Assembly: GCF_041956535.1 (NCBI RefSeq)
Contig: NW_027192198.1
Location: 380,714 to 444,713 of the forward strand
DNA: 64,000 bases
Direction of reading: 5' to 3'
Source: Calcarisporiella thermophila CBS 279.70
Taxonomy: Eukaryota > Fungi > Calcarisporiellomycota
Below, in pieces: positions 1-12,164 of the stretch (positions are counted from its first letter, which is position 1; each line of letters starts with the position of its first letter). The notes under the pieces are model-generated. The model was not told the DNA's origin. It saw nothing but the letters and a program-made list of their open reading frames with translations, and ran no database searches. A program made the translations under genes and the position numbers.

Positions 1-630
1 CGGCAACGTGCCCTGTTTCTCTCGCTTTTTCCCCTTTGACAACGAAAGCGACTTTGCCGCAGCTCCTAATGTCCGATTACGAAATGCCAACGGAGTAGAC
101 AACCTAGATCCTGGTGGAGATAGTCCACCCTTTTCGCGATTCAGATCGTTTTTTCCAGCCTTATGTAAACCCGCTGTGGCCAATGATGGTCGCCCTCTCT
201 CTGTCTGGATTCTATATGGTCCCTCAAATATATTTTCCTCACCCCTTCCACTTCGATTCGCCATATCCAATGCCAAGTTGCCAATTATTTGACGTGACTT
301 TCCTCCAACGCGGGACTCCTTGCTCTTGAACTTTTCGTGTGAGAATAGACGGGTTGCCCGCTCGTTAGCCTCGCTTGAATACTCCTTTTCAGGATGGATC
401 TTTTCGCGTAGATCGGAGATGGCGGAATCCATGGGATGGGCATCCCCTATCAGATCTTGGGTCCATTCAGTGTCCTTACCCAATTCTCTCCTATTATTCC
501 GGCGGGAAGGCGATGGCGGTTGGAACACGTCCCATTTTGAGGGCGGAGGGGGTGACGGACATTGGAATTTGGATTGATGCCGAGAAGAAGAAGGAGGAGA
601 TGGTGAATCATAGAGATAACATGTGGACAT
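1..630 (-). CDS. Hypothetical low-complexity protein, runs off the left edge (5' part only)
   Basis: Reading the minus strand by hand from ATG 630 gives an uninterrupted frame of about 210 codons (MSTCYLYDSPSPPSSSRHQSKF...KGKKREKQGTLP) to the window edge. No recognisable domain. Confidence 0.45.
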   Translation of the reverse strand, partial: MSTCYLYDSPSPPSSSRHQSKFQCPSPPPPSKWDVFQPPSPSRRNNRRELGKDTEWTQDLIGDAHPMDSAISDLREKIHPEKEYSSEANERATRLFSHEKFKSKESRVGGKSRQIIGNLALDMANRSGRGEENIFEGPYRIQTERGRPSLATAGLHKAGKNDLNREKGGLSPPGSRLSTPLAFRNRTLGAAAKSLSLSKGKKREKQGTLP

Positions 631-1241
631 CTAGAGCTTTCAGCCAAACTGCTACAAAACAGACTACATGAAAACGCGGAGGAATCAAGGCGGGGAGGGG
701 GTATCCTTTCTAACTTGAAAGAACTAGAAGTATTAATAACGGGAGACAAAATTGGAGAAATCCCAAGTCACAGCACGAAATATCAGATGAAGGGGAAGCC
801 TGCCCGTAGTAGGTTGCAGTTTCAGTCTGTTGGACAACCAAGAATACGGCCGGTATCCCCACCCCGTATTGTACCGTGCTGAGATCCAGGCTGGTCATGA
901 ACCGTATTGACCAGATGGTCCAAGAAAGGGCGCAGTGAGCCACACTGGACGGCACCTACTTCCGTCCTCTCAGATTTATTAACATCTAATGGATAGAGGA
1001 TAGAGGATAAAGTTGGAGGCCCCTTTAACCAACATTCACCAGCTAATTGACACACTAGGGCTATAGAAATACATCCGTATAAGCACAGAAACAAAGGAAA
1101 CACTTTGAAAACACGCAAGGAACCCACCTCTAGAAGAAGCAAAAAACACTAGGAAAAATACATTCGAGAGAGTGTGGGGGGAGAAGCGAGAGGGATACAT
1201 GAACGAAAGACACTATGATACATAGGGGCCCGTCGAGCCAA

Positions 1242-2036
1242 CTAATCCAACACTTCTCGGAGCTTTCGCGTCAGCGGCACCCTCACCATGCAGTCCAACG
1301 CCGAATTCAGGGGGGAGTCCAGCGGCGGGGAGAATGGCTTCAACAAAGCGACCTTGGGTTCGGCGGAGAAGAAGGGGGAGGGCAGGGCCACCGGCAATTG
1401 GGGGTATTGCATCTGAGGAATGGGCTGAAGGGTGTTAGGAGGAGAGGAGGAAAATAGAACCGGCCTTGCCTCGGATGGAGTGGGCGGCGTGATCGAAGCC
1501 GTGACAACCTCGTGCCGAGGCTTGTTCGGCCTCCGGTCGTGCGTGGGATTACTCAGAGGACTACTCGTTCCCCTCTCTTCCTCGGCGGCGGAAAACCCCA
1601 TTGGGTGAAGCTTGCCATCCACGCTCTCCTCCTCGCGAGTCCCCTCCAGTCCACCTTTGTCGACTGGCTGCAGGAGCTTTCTTACGACCCGCTCTAAGCT
1701 TCTCAGCCGCCTCTCCAGATCCTCTGTATCCGACAACCCCTGCCGCTTCCACCGGTCAGAAGTATGGACGCAGAGGTGGCCGCTCATGGTGCAGTAGCCG
1801 CAAGGGTCCTTTCCATCGCACTTCGTCTTGCGACGACGGCAAGTCTCACAGGCGCTACCGCTGGAGAGCCGCTGGGAAGAGATCCGGGCAAACTTGAGGG
1901 GGGAAATGACGCAGTCAGAGGGGGCCGACTCGCAAAAGTTGCACGGGCTATTCCCATTGCACCAGAGGCCCTGCACCTTACAGGGGATGCAGAGGACGGG
2001 TGCTCGCAGCGGATCCTTTGAGTGTGGTGAAGACAT
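1242..2036 (-). CDS. Zn(II)2Cys6 transcription factor with two tandem binuclear clusters
   Basis: CIPCKVQGLWCNGNSPCNFCESAPSDC and CETCRRRKTKCDGKDPCGYCTMSGHLC both fit CX2CX6CX5CX2CX6C. They are followed by a coiled coil (LERRLRSLERVVRKL). Intronless 264 aa. Confidence 0.85.
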   Translation of the reverse strand: MSSPHSKDPLRAPVLCIPCKVQGLWCNGNSPCNFCESAPSDCVISPLKFARISSQRLSSGSACETCRRRKTKCDGKDPCGYCTMSGHLCVHTSDRWKRQGLSDTEDLERRLRSLERVVRKLLQPVDKGGLEGTREEESVDGKLHPMGFSAAEEERGTSSPLSNPTHDRRPNKPRHEVVTASITPPTPSEARPVLFSSSPPNTLQPIPQMQYPQLPVALPSPFFSAEPKVALLKPFSPPLDSPLNSALDCMVRVPLTRKLREVLD

Positions 2037-3039
2037 CTACATAAGGTGAACCTCTCAGCTTCGAGAGGAGATCGTGGCGATCCGAGAACCGAAGGTTGAC
2101 GGTGTCAGGAGGAATGTGCCACTAGTGCAGAGAGAGAGGGGCGAGGGAGAAGACGGAGACAACAGCGGTTAGCGTTGAGGCAGAGGTTGAAAATGGTTAG
2201 AAGTTATATATATTTAGAGAGAGAGGGAGAGCGGGAGGGAGGAAGAGGGGGGGGGGGGGGAGGAGATGATATGGTCAGAGCGGAAAACGTTCTCCTAGGG
2301 AAGAGTCCGTTGCCAGACCTTTATATACCCCCATCTTTGAGGAAGTAGATGGATACAACAGCCAGCCGCTCGGCTCGGCTTACCGAAGAATTCTTTCTCC
2401 GACCTTGGGTGGAGGAAATTAGGTGGCCTTGGGAGCGTGATCTCGCCATGTTTCAACGGTGGTCGAGAAAATGAAAAAACATCGGGGAGCGTGTAAAAAG
2501 TTCGATGGGGGGGGGAGGCTATTCTAGCCTTCCATTGTATTCCCACCAATGCTTCTTGCGGACTTCGTCCTCTTGGGGCGCCTTCGAAAGCCAGCAGCCC
2601 CACCGTTCCTCTTTCCCAACGTGGCCGCCCCGCCCAGTACCAAGGAAGACATGGCTGAGCGAAAAAGATTCTTGGTAGCAAATCGGTACTTGACCGTCAT
2701 GTTCCATATTTTGTCGGTTCGGTACCATCCATCTGGATATTAAAGTTGAGTCATTCCTCCTCCATAATTTGTTTTCGTAATCAGGACTGAGGATAATCAT
2801 GCCCTCTCCCCCCCTTACATCTCGATTTCCCTTTCGTTATAGAGCACACGTGACATGGCCCGAGTGGGTGGCTTGAATGAGTTTTATTTGGAGATTCATA
2901 AAACCTTGCCGGTGCTGTATCATAATTGGAAAGAGTTAATCAATATGGAAGGTGGCAATATAAAAAAGGAAGAGAACTATTAGAATAAATCATCGGCTAT
3001 AAAGACATTTCAATAAATAAATCAATAAATAAGGGGGTA

Positions 3040-3130
3040 AAAAAGATAGGTAAATAGTTAGATAGATAGTGGATAGATAGAGCAATAAATAAATCGATAG
3101 ATTGATAGAGAGGTAGATAGATTAGATCAT
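3040..3130. repeat. Degenerate (GATA/TAGA)n microsatellite
   Basis: gatagatag/atagatag repeats in the 3' flank of the G-alpha gene. Confidence 0.7.
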
Positions 3131-3247
3131 TATTAAGTGGAGGAGAATAAAAAAAGGGGGTCAAGGAGGACAGGCCCGAATGCTAAGGTCCCCCCCCCTC
3201 CTCGCCGGTGGAGGAGGAGGAGGAGGGGGAGGCAAGTCCCGCCCGAT

Positions 3248-4559
3248 TTACAGGAGTCCAATGGATTTGAGGTTCGATGAAATGATAATATCATTGCAAG
3301 CGGCAATCGTGTATTTCACCTGAGTGGTGTCGGTAGCACATGTAAAATGAGTATAGATGCGCTTCTCCACCGACTGATTCAATGACACGAAACGCCCCTG
3401 GAGGTACTCGCAGGCGGCTTCGAAATCAGAGCCACCCTGATAATCGGGGAAATAGTGTTGTAGGGGGCTGCGCGGAAGTTTCTCTCTGAACAGATCTATC
3501 TTGTTGAGGAAGAGGATAATGCTGGTGTTCACAAACCATCTGCAGGCACGAGCACAGGAGGTGGGGGGAGGGGGAGGGCATAGATTAGCGGCCGAGACAT
3601 TTCATTTTTGGGGAAACAATAAAGCCAAACCGCTTACCTTGAATTGCAAATCGAATCAAACAAGGTCAATGCCTCCTGCATTCGATTCACCGACTCGTCC
3701 TCGCGCAGCACTTGATCGTACTCGGAGATGGCGACCAGGAAAATGATGGCGGTCACGTTCTCGAAACAGTGGATCCACTTTTTGCGCTCCGACCGCTGGC
3801 CACCCACGTCGAACATGCGGTAGGTCAGCTCTCCAATCTGGAAAGTCATCTCGGTGATGCCCGTGGTCTTGACCCGCGAGCGCAACACATCCTGGTCGGT
3901 GGGCATATAGTTCGGGTGCGAGATGCGCTCGACCGAGTCGAAGTAGCTAGCAACCAAAAGGGGGAGAGAGAAACAGGGGAGGTCAGCTTCTTTCCTTGGA
4001 ACGCATCCGTCCGGCCCCCTCTACATACTATTTTGCGGAGTCGTTCAGCTGGTACTCTCGACTTCTCTCGAAGCAGCGCCTGACACCCGCATCCTCCCAC
4101 AGCTCGGCAATGGCCACCCCCACCTTGGCAGGCAGTCGATCCCCCTCCATCTGCGAGGGCAATTGCATCACGATCTCGGCATGATGGATGCTGGCCGGAT
4201 TAACAAACCCAATATCCATCGCCTCCATCGCATTCAAAATGACCTTCATGCTTTGGATAGTGTTGGAGAAGATAATCTCCTTGAAGGATTCGCGTTCGTC
4301 GAGAGAGTAGCCGCCATCGTGGATCAATTTCATCTGCTTCAGAATCGTCGACTTTCCAGACTCACCCGCACCTACATGGTTCCAAAACAAAAAAGTAAAT
4401 ACACGAGGCGAGGCGATAACAAAGAGGGAGCCTCCACTTGCCTAGAAGGAGCAGCTTCACCTCCTTACGCAGGTTCATACGATCACGCTTGAGCTGGTCT
4501 TCAATTTCGTCGTTCTTGCGGCGGCCCTCCGCATCCTCAGTACTCATACAGCAGCCCAT
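3248..4559 (-). CDS. Heterotrimeric G protein alpha subunit (Gi/group I-like), 4 exons
   Basis: MGCCMS lipidation N-terminus; P-loop LLLLG|AGESGKST; [12 protein letters not shown]; [16 protein letters not shown]; FLNKIDLF; HFTCATDT; C-terminus KSIGLL. Intron 1 is GC-AG (4441-4372). Confidence 0.97.
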
Positions 4560-5401
4560 TTTCTATCGTTGTCGTCTACTAAAAGAGGGAGAACAATAAT
4601 ATGGGAAAAATGCTTAGTGGGGCGCTCTAGCGATAGAAGACATGAAGGAGGATGTACGGGGAGAAAAGGGGCGGGGCGAAGAGAGGAAGAGGCGAGTAGG
4701 AGTACAAGAGGCCATGAAAATTCGACCATGTTTATCCAACTCGGTAAGTTGATTACGCGACAAACTTACTTGATCTATTAGTGTTTGGAATGTTTGCGGA
4801 GCAATGGGAAGAAAATGCCGTAGGTTTTGCGAGAAAGAATGGGCCGGAAATGCACAAGGGGAAATGGGCGAAAGAATGGGGGCCTTCGAGGCTCGGTCGA
4901 TGGAAAGCAAACAAAGACTTCAAACAAACGGCGGCCCGCTCTTCTCCTCCGCTAGTCGAAAAAAAAAAATTGCAATAAATAGTACACAAAAATTTTAAAG
5001 TTAAAATCGAAAGCTTCTGGCCGCGAACCCACGTGTAGCGCGAAAAAAAAAAAACAGGAAACAAAGCTTTGAACACTGTCAAAGGGTGTCAACATTAAAT
5101 CGCTAGCCGCGCTCTCATGGTCGCCTTGCGCTCCTCCAAGCTACGACCCGACCGCCGCAGAGCATTGTCTGCAGCGCGGGCGCGCGTCCTCACGAAGGCT
5201 CATCTCGACATATAGGTTTCCCCCCAGCTGCCGCTTGGCCCAATGGGCTCGTTCGGACCCGGATAAAATATAAAGCACAAGCCGCGAGGGAGAGAGGGGA
5301 TCCCTCTTCAGGGTCAGAAAGATCGAGACTAATTTAATCAGAGGAACGCAGAGGAAACGCAAAGTGGTACACTCTTTATTTAACAAGGCAGCACAACCTG
5401 C

Positions 5402-6739
5402 TCATCCTATTAGTAGCTCGACGCGCTCCATCAGCTGCGAGAGCTTCCCCTCCAAGCCCAGCACCTCCTTTCGTACCGCCCCGAAGCGCTCGAGTCCTCG
5501 CTGCACGCGTGTGCACGCCTCGTCCACCCGTCTCAACTCGCCCTCCAGCTTCTGCTGCTCTTCGGCGAGAATAGGCACCGATTCCGCAAAGGTCGCCGTT
5601 TCGATATGCAGGTGCTGCAAAGACTGCAGCCGAGCAAGGAGGGCCGGCGTGAGGGGCATGAGTGGGTCGATGTGCTCGAGGAGCCCAAAGATTTTCAGGA
5701 TGCGCTCCTCTGTCTCCTTGGTGTACTGGCCGGGGGGCGGGACATCCTTTTCTAGCAGATCGGAAAGCCGCTCAAGGTCATTGGTGAGGAGCTTGACGCG
5801 GCGGCTCATCCCTTCCAAGTGGCGCGGCTGGGTGAGGAGGGTCAGTTGATGCTCGAGCTTGTCGACCGTGGCGACGAGATTGCTATTCGCCAGAGGAGGC
5901 TAGAGAAAACGACAACGCGGATTGATAAGATGGCCGCCGAGAGTTAGTAGAAGAAAGGAGGGAAAAGGACATACCAGTTCCCCGAATTGGCCGCTTGTGG
6001 AGCCCATCAGTCTTTCCAGAGTCGCCACTCGAGAGTCCAAGTCTACCAGCGCAGAGGAAGGGACTGCCTCCGACGGCTCCTTCCCGTCGCCCTCGTCGCG
6101 CCCTTCCTTCGCCGCTTGCTCTTGGTGCCTCTTTTCTGCTTCCCTGGCCGCTGCTTGGCCCTCGGCCACTCGCCCGATGCGCCTCAGCTCCCTTTGCAAT
6201 CCAGAGATCTCCCCCAGGAGCTCCTTGTGAGAAAGCTCTCCTTTGGAATCATGCTCGGCGGGTTGGACAGAATTTTTCGACACTTGCTCGAGCAGATCCT
6301 GGATTTCAAAGGTTAAGCGCCGAAGCTTTTGCTTTGGGGTTTCTTCTTTGGAAGGGTGTGGAAAAATTTCGTATTCTGATGCATCGTGGTTGTGTGAAGA
6401 GAGCGATGAATGATGATATGATTTAAATGGTACAGTGGGTTTAGATCGGGACGGGCTCTTCTTAGCACCATTGCCTTCTTCCTCTTCGTAGCGTTCGTCC
6501 TGTTCAATGAGAAAGGGGGAGGGGGTCAGTACACTATGGAGTGCTCTCAAAAAAAGGTCGAGTATAGGCGACCAGCTCATGGGCAGTTCGGGTGTGGTCA
6601 CCATCGTCCACTACATCGGGTGTTTCATAGACATCAGGTTGTGTATCCTAATAAGGGACCCATTAGCTACAGCCTCGATGAAGCACAAACACGAGAAATC
6701 GCATACGATGTCCGGGAGAGCGGAATATTTGCTTGACAT
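5402..6739 (-). CDS. DCTN2: Dynactin subunit 2 (dynamitin/p50), multi-exon
   Basis: Spliced N-terminus MSSKYSALPDI|DTQPDVYETPD; ETPKQKLRRLTFEIQDL; LDSRVATLERLMG; LPLTPALLARLQSLQHLH-type motif (PLTPALLARLQSLQHLH). Confidence 0.9.
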
Positions 6740-6894
6740 GTCACAATGATGGATATAAAGAGAAATAAAATAATTTAGGAACGCGAAGCTGGATCCCGTA
6801 GGTGCGCAGCAAAAAAAAAAAAATTGGATTGAATCGATTCAGGTTAGATTTCCTCTCTTGCCACCACCAAAACTCGAAAACCCAATGCTCTCTC

Positions 6895-7846
6895 ATGGAC
6901 GCGCAGCAACTTGCAAAAAGCTTCCTCTCTAGCCTTGTCCTCACCCCTCAGCCAGATTCACCGTGCGTCACCCTAACTTATGCTCAGAGTCTAGATGGCA
7001 AGATTGCGGGAGAGAATGGAAAACAGATCCTTTTAAGCGGAAAGGAATCACTGGTTATGACCCATAGGTGCATTGTCTTCATCATGCGGTCCAGTTGCTG
7101 TTGCTTGGACTAATGGATTTTTCGATTAGAGCAGATTACGCGCAATGCACGATGGTATCATGGTTGGCATTGGCACGCTAATTAACGACGACCCTCTCCT
7201 GACTGGTATGTAGCTGAAGATGTCTTTTGTTTCCAAGTGCTTAGATCACTCTTGACTCTTTGGGCAGCCCGGCTCCTTGAGCCTAACGAGGTGGTCCAGC
7301 AACCCCAACCCATCATTTTGGACTCCACCCTTGACCGCTTCCCATTCCACTGCCGCCTTCTCAAAGCCGCCAGCAATGGCACAGGAAAATGTCCATGGAT
7401 CTTTGTTAGAGAGGGGCACAATCAACACCATGCAGAAAAGCTAAGGTCCATAGGTTGCAGAATATTTCCAGTTCCGGAAAGACTTGGCTACGTGTCATTA
7501 CCCCATATTCTCTCGGCGCTCCGCAAGGAAAACCTGGGCTCGCTGATGGTAGAGGGTGGAGCAGGAATTATACAATCATTCCTGCAGCAGCGGCATTTAG
7601 TGAGCCATGTGATAGTTACCATTGCACCAGTCTTTGTGGGAAGCGGGGTCAATGCGAGTGGGAAACTGCAGCCCGTTGAGGTAGTCCCCCTTTCTCTTTG
7701 GTTTTCGCGACCCTCCTAAGGTTGAAAGGCATTGATGTTTGGACCTACTGTTTTAGGGAAGCTATCCTCGAGTTCACCATGTGGTATACGAGAGATTTGG
7801 GCAGGATATAGTCATGTTAGGCCGTTTGGATGCTTCTAATGAATAA
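6895..7846 (+). CDS. RIB7: RibD C-terminal domain reductase (2,5-diamino-6-ribosylamino-4(3H)-pyrimidinone 5'-phosphate reductase), multi-exon
   Basis: VTLTYAQSLDGKIA; HDGIMVGIGTLINDDPLL; SLMVEGGAGIIQSFL; VIVTIAPVFVGSG; last exon ...FGQDIVMLGRLDASNE*. Confidence 0.88.
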
Positions 7847-7997
7847 ATCCATGGAGAGCGTTCTCTCATTTTTTTTTGTCAGTTCTTTCTTTCCCTCTCG
7901 TAGTGATATCTACTTTTGTTTTTTAAATCGGTCCCGAGGGCCAGTCATACAAAGAAACTAGAATAGGTTTATCAAAAAAAAGAGGAAACAAGGAAAT

Positions 7998-8779
7998 TTA
8001 ACGACTCTTGGCGGCAACGGTGGGGCGAGCACCCTTAGCTTGCTGCTTGGAGATCTTGGGCTGGTTCTTCTGGGTAGCCTAAAGGGGGGAGGGGACCAAG
8101 AGCAGATCAATAAGCAACCCTGGGGGGGGGGGCGCAAAGTCAGTTCTTCAATACACACCTTCTCGGCCTTCTTCTTGGCAGCCTCGGCCTTCTTCTTCTC
8201 CTTGCTCTCTTTGATGGCGGCCTGGCGTGCAGCCTGTCTTGCCTCGGGCTTCTGGTTGCGCTTGGCGCGGATGGCTTCCAGAGATGCACCAACAATGGCA
8301 CGCTGGTGCTTCACGGTACGGCGGGTGCGCTTCTTGGCGACCTCAACCGTGATACCCTTCTTGTGCATGCGACGGTACACGACAGTCCAGGCGATCTTGC
8401 GAGGATTGAGGCGCTGGTGGAAGTAGGAGTCCACCTTTCCGTTGATGAAGTGGAAGGGCTATGGAGGGGGGGGGGGGCAAAGAGGAGACGAGGGTAAAGA
8501 ATGAGAGGGGAGGACCGGATGGTAGAAAGAGGGAGGGAAAAGGGTACCCACCTTGCCATCGGAGCGGATGAAAAGTTTGCCCTTACCGGGGTAGATCCGG
8601 TATCCAGAGAAGTTGCAAGTCTCGGTCCTATGGAGATCAAAAATGGCTAGAGATTAGATCCATGGTTGTCTACTCATCTCTCGACTTCGCGAGCATCCTC
8701 CACTCCACCGCACTCCACCCCCTAATCCATCCCATCCATCCATCCATCCATAGCAAACAGAAAGGGATACTTGCTTCAT
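7998..8779 (-). CDS. RPL24: 60S ribosomal protein L24 (eL24), 4 exons
   Basis: Spliced MK|[25 protein letters not shown]...[19 protein letters not shown]...[20 protein letters not shown]. First intron is GC-AG (8774-8628). Confidence 0.97.
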
Positions 8780-8884
8780 GTCGATGATGCACCCCGAGCT
8801 ATCTAGTCTGTGAAGGAGAAAGGAGGGATCGCGTCGGGGTCCCATCGAGCCTCTTGATTCATAGCCGAAGGCTGGGCTGGTGTG

Positions 8885-8892
8885 TGACGTCA
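8885..8892. promoter_or_regulatory. CRE-type palindrome TGACGTCA upstream of RPL24
   Basis: Exact 8-bp palindrome about 105 bp upstream of the RPL24 ATG. A second copy lies at 14982-14989 upstream of the LARP gene. Function is not demonstrated. Confidence 0.35.
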
Positions 8893-9861
8893 CCGTGTAT
8901 CGAAATGGCTGCGCCGCGAGTGACGCCATCAGGATGGCTGTCCTCGGATGGCATTCGCGAAATTTCTACAGAGGTCAAACAGAGGTGAGGGGGAGGGGGG
9001 TACTTTAGGAGGGGAGGAAAAAGAAACCAATTTATGTTTAAGTTGACATAAATGTCTCGTGGCATAAGAAGAGAAGCCATGGAAATGAAAGTATGAGATT
9101 TCGTCAACAAGTTTTAGAGTCCATAAAGGCTAGGCCGGCCTGGGGAAAGGAAGGCGTGGGCCGGGGCTCGATAAGGACGTCCCCCCATCGCCATGCGACG
9201 GAGGAAGCCAGTGCTGGTCGCTCTTCCATGCTACGCCACGCTTCCATAAGGGAGGGGAAGGAGGCCGCAGCGCAGAGGACTTGGGGAGGACTGCGAAACA
9301 CCGGTGCCTATAACGAAACGCTGAGAAAAAAAGCGAGGAGCCCGCCGCTTATCACGCGTCATGCCGGCCCAAATAGGAAATGTCAGATAAGCAGCAGCGC
9401 GAGGAGCGGTTGGTGTATTTTTGACTGACTGGAACGGCAGGATTTTATCCGCGATGTCCATGCACAAGCAGATCCAACCGGTTGTTTGGGGGGGGGGGGG
9501 AGGGCGAGGGCGAGGGAGGCCGCGTCTCTGCAGTTCCAAGGCCCGGTTATTTATAGTTTAATTAAAGGGAAAGCGGCCCGTTAAGGAAGAGGTGAGAAAT
9601 AAATGCCAAACGCTATCGTGGGGCCGCAGAGCGGGGGGAAATGAAATGCCAACCAGCCTGCACCGCTTAATTTCCCAGAGTAAAACAAGAATGATCCTCG
9701 CGGCTGCCATATGCTGTGGTGCATCGGTTCAGAAGCTTCACGATTCGGCAGGTGAGCACGTTTCTCAAAACTGCATCCCCCCCCCCTCCGCTAATTATAT
9801 AAGGGGCAGGAGCCCAAAGTCATCCGCCTTGTTGCCATTTCTCTTTCTGTTGGATTCCACC

Positions 9862-10778
9862 ATGATCTCCGAACTCACCTGGTCCACCGACGATCTGTGC
9901 TTCTCCTCCCTGGCCCCCTCGCTCTACTCTCCCCTCTTGTCGCTCTCCGCGTGCCCTGCCGACGATCGCCAGCCTGCCGCCTACTTCCCCCCGCCGCTCC
10001 TCACCATTCCTCCCTTCGAGAAGACCACCGAGTACATCCTCGCCGACAGGGACGGCACCCTGATTCCCGCCTCGGGCAGCGGCAATACCAACCGTGGCGA
10101 CGGGCCTCTTCTCCTCGCTGCCCACTGCGCTTCATCGGATGCTGAGGAAAAACCGGAAGAGGAAGCGGGGCGAGGAGGGGATGCTGAACGCGGCGGTGGT
10201 GAGGAAGGAGGAGGAGACGGCGGCAGCGGCGGCGGAGGAGGAAGAGGAGAAGGAGAGGCCTTAGTAGCGCCGTCCAACATGATCATCCATCAGGGGGAGA
10301 TGGGCTCTGGCATGAGCCCCATTCCGTTTTTGGCCCCATTCCAATCCAGCCCTGCACCACTAGTCCCGCCCATCCCCCTCCTGCCCTTCGACCCGATACT
10401 GCCTCTGCGCGGATTGGAGCGCCAGTTCAAGTGCGACAAGGTTTGTATTCCTTTGGCATGGCTGCCACGGTTACACGCCTGAATCTCTTCCATTTCAATC
10501 CATATTGCTCTAGTGCCCCCAGGCCTTTCACCGCAACCATGACTTAAAGCGGCACAAGCGCATCCATCTGCAGGTAAAACCTTTCTCTTGTCTGGCGTGC
10601 AATAAGCAATTCTCTCGAAAGGTAACCGTTCTGCACCCTCTTCCTTCGCGCTCTCCTCCCTGTTTCAATAACCTTTTTTTCAACTTCAATTCCTTTCGGT
10701 ATTGCCCTCTTCTCACAGGACGCCCTGAAAAGGCATAAGCTTGTGAAAAAGTGTGGTTTGGATTTGCCTGAAAATTGA
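9862..10778 (+). CDS. C2H2 zinc-finger transcription factor (2 C-terminal fingers), 3 exons
   Basis: FKCDK|CPQAFHRNHDLKRHKRIHLQVKPFSCLACNKQFSRK|DALKRHKLVKKC with GT-AG introns. TATA-like tatataag at about 9797. Confidence 0.9.
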
Positions 10779-11088
10779 AGGACTCTGAAAAAACCGTCGA
10801 TTGTCTCTGTGTATATTACTAAGTTATCCTTTTTTTTAATTTCCTTGTTTGCTATAGTTTCTCGTTTATTTATCGGGTTGGATATGATTTTTGTTTTTTT
10901 TTCCCAGATAATTTAATATATCTGAATATTTACAAATATAACTAAAACTATATATTCCTTATTGTAGATACTCCCCACCCCCCCACTCACACACTCTCTT
11001 TCCAATCTTATCTTCTTGTTTATTTGTTTATCATGTAAAATACCCATTTTAAATCTTTATTCAGACTGACGTGAAACTCAGACAAAAC

Positions 11089-11709
11089 ATGGCAGATCCT
11101 GTTCCCATTCTGGAATCCATTGAGGTAAGACTCCTGAGCACAAACGTTGGCTCAGTTGCACGCCATATGTACTGAACCAGGCCGCTTACCATAGGGGAAC
11201 ATTTGGAGGAAGGCCTGGGTGATAGTGGCACCCCCCCTCTCCCCCCTCCTTCCTCCCCTCTGCGAATGCTTACGCTCATTTCTGAATGTATCTTTGTGCA
11301 CTCGATTTTTGCACGGCTTGCTGCAAATAGTGCTTCTTACCGCAAGACACCTCTTTAGATTTGGTTAAACTGGTCTCGGGGATCCAGCTTCAAGATGGAG
11401 GCCAGCTCCGCTTTCCCTTCTCCTTTGAACCCAGGTCGTATATCCTTTTCTTGAAGCAATTCGAATTTCCCACTGACGACCGTCGGCATGACTCTGATTC
11501 AGTAGACAGTCCCGTTTCTCGCGAAATCAAATCGCTTGATTCCTTGGCGCTTATACGCATAGGTATGGAGAGGGAGGCACCCCCTGTTTTTTCTTCTTTC
11601 TTCTTCCTTCTTCCTTCTTCCTTCTTCCTTCTTTCTTCTTCCTCCTATCTCCTCTGATTCTGCAATCCGAGCTATTCATGAGGTTGAATCAAATAACAAT
11701 CCGCCCTGA
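11089..11709 (+). CDS. Possible small multi-exon hypothetical gene
   Basis: ATG exon MADPVPILESIE followed by a GTAAGA donor; an open frame ...LVKLVSGIQLQDGGQLRFPF...LALIRI followed by a GTATGG donor and a pyrimidine tract. Exon structure could not be resolved. Confidence 0.25.
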
Positions 11710-12164
11710 GACGCCCTACTCTGATACAATCCTGCAAATTTTCGTTTCTCTTCTCTCTTTTCTCTTTTTTTCGGTGTGCTTCCACTGGCTGCAATTCAAA
11801 TGGCTCCTTTAGGTGATCTCCTTTGGATAGTAGTCGTATCGAAAATAAAACATGCCAACAGGCTTCTTTTAAGGCCTTCTTTTATCGATATTACCACTCC
11901 CAAGAAGTTATCCAATCAAAACGCACCTTTTGAAAAGGAAAATTTTCAGCTTCCATCTGAAAAGGGATTTAGATGCAATCTAATCAAATCAAATCGATGG
12001 CAAGCCACTGTAGCCAAAGTTTCGGGGAGAGGAATTAAAATTACAAAAGGCAGGGATAGTTCATTAACACTCGAATAAATAATAACATCTATATCTCATG
12101 CGCCCCATTTCTCTCCCTCCCACCCCCCCCCCCCACAATCGCTTTGTTGTTTTTTTTTCGAATC

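Noticed and set aside
3248-4559. G-alpha gene as the dedicated partner of the PstS-GPCR
   Set aside because: It lies about 33 kb away with many unrelated genes between; eukaryotic proximity at this scale is not evidence of coupling.
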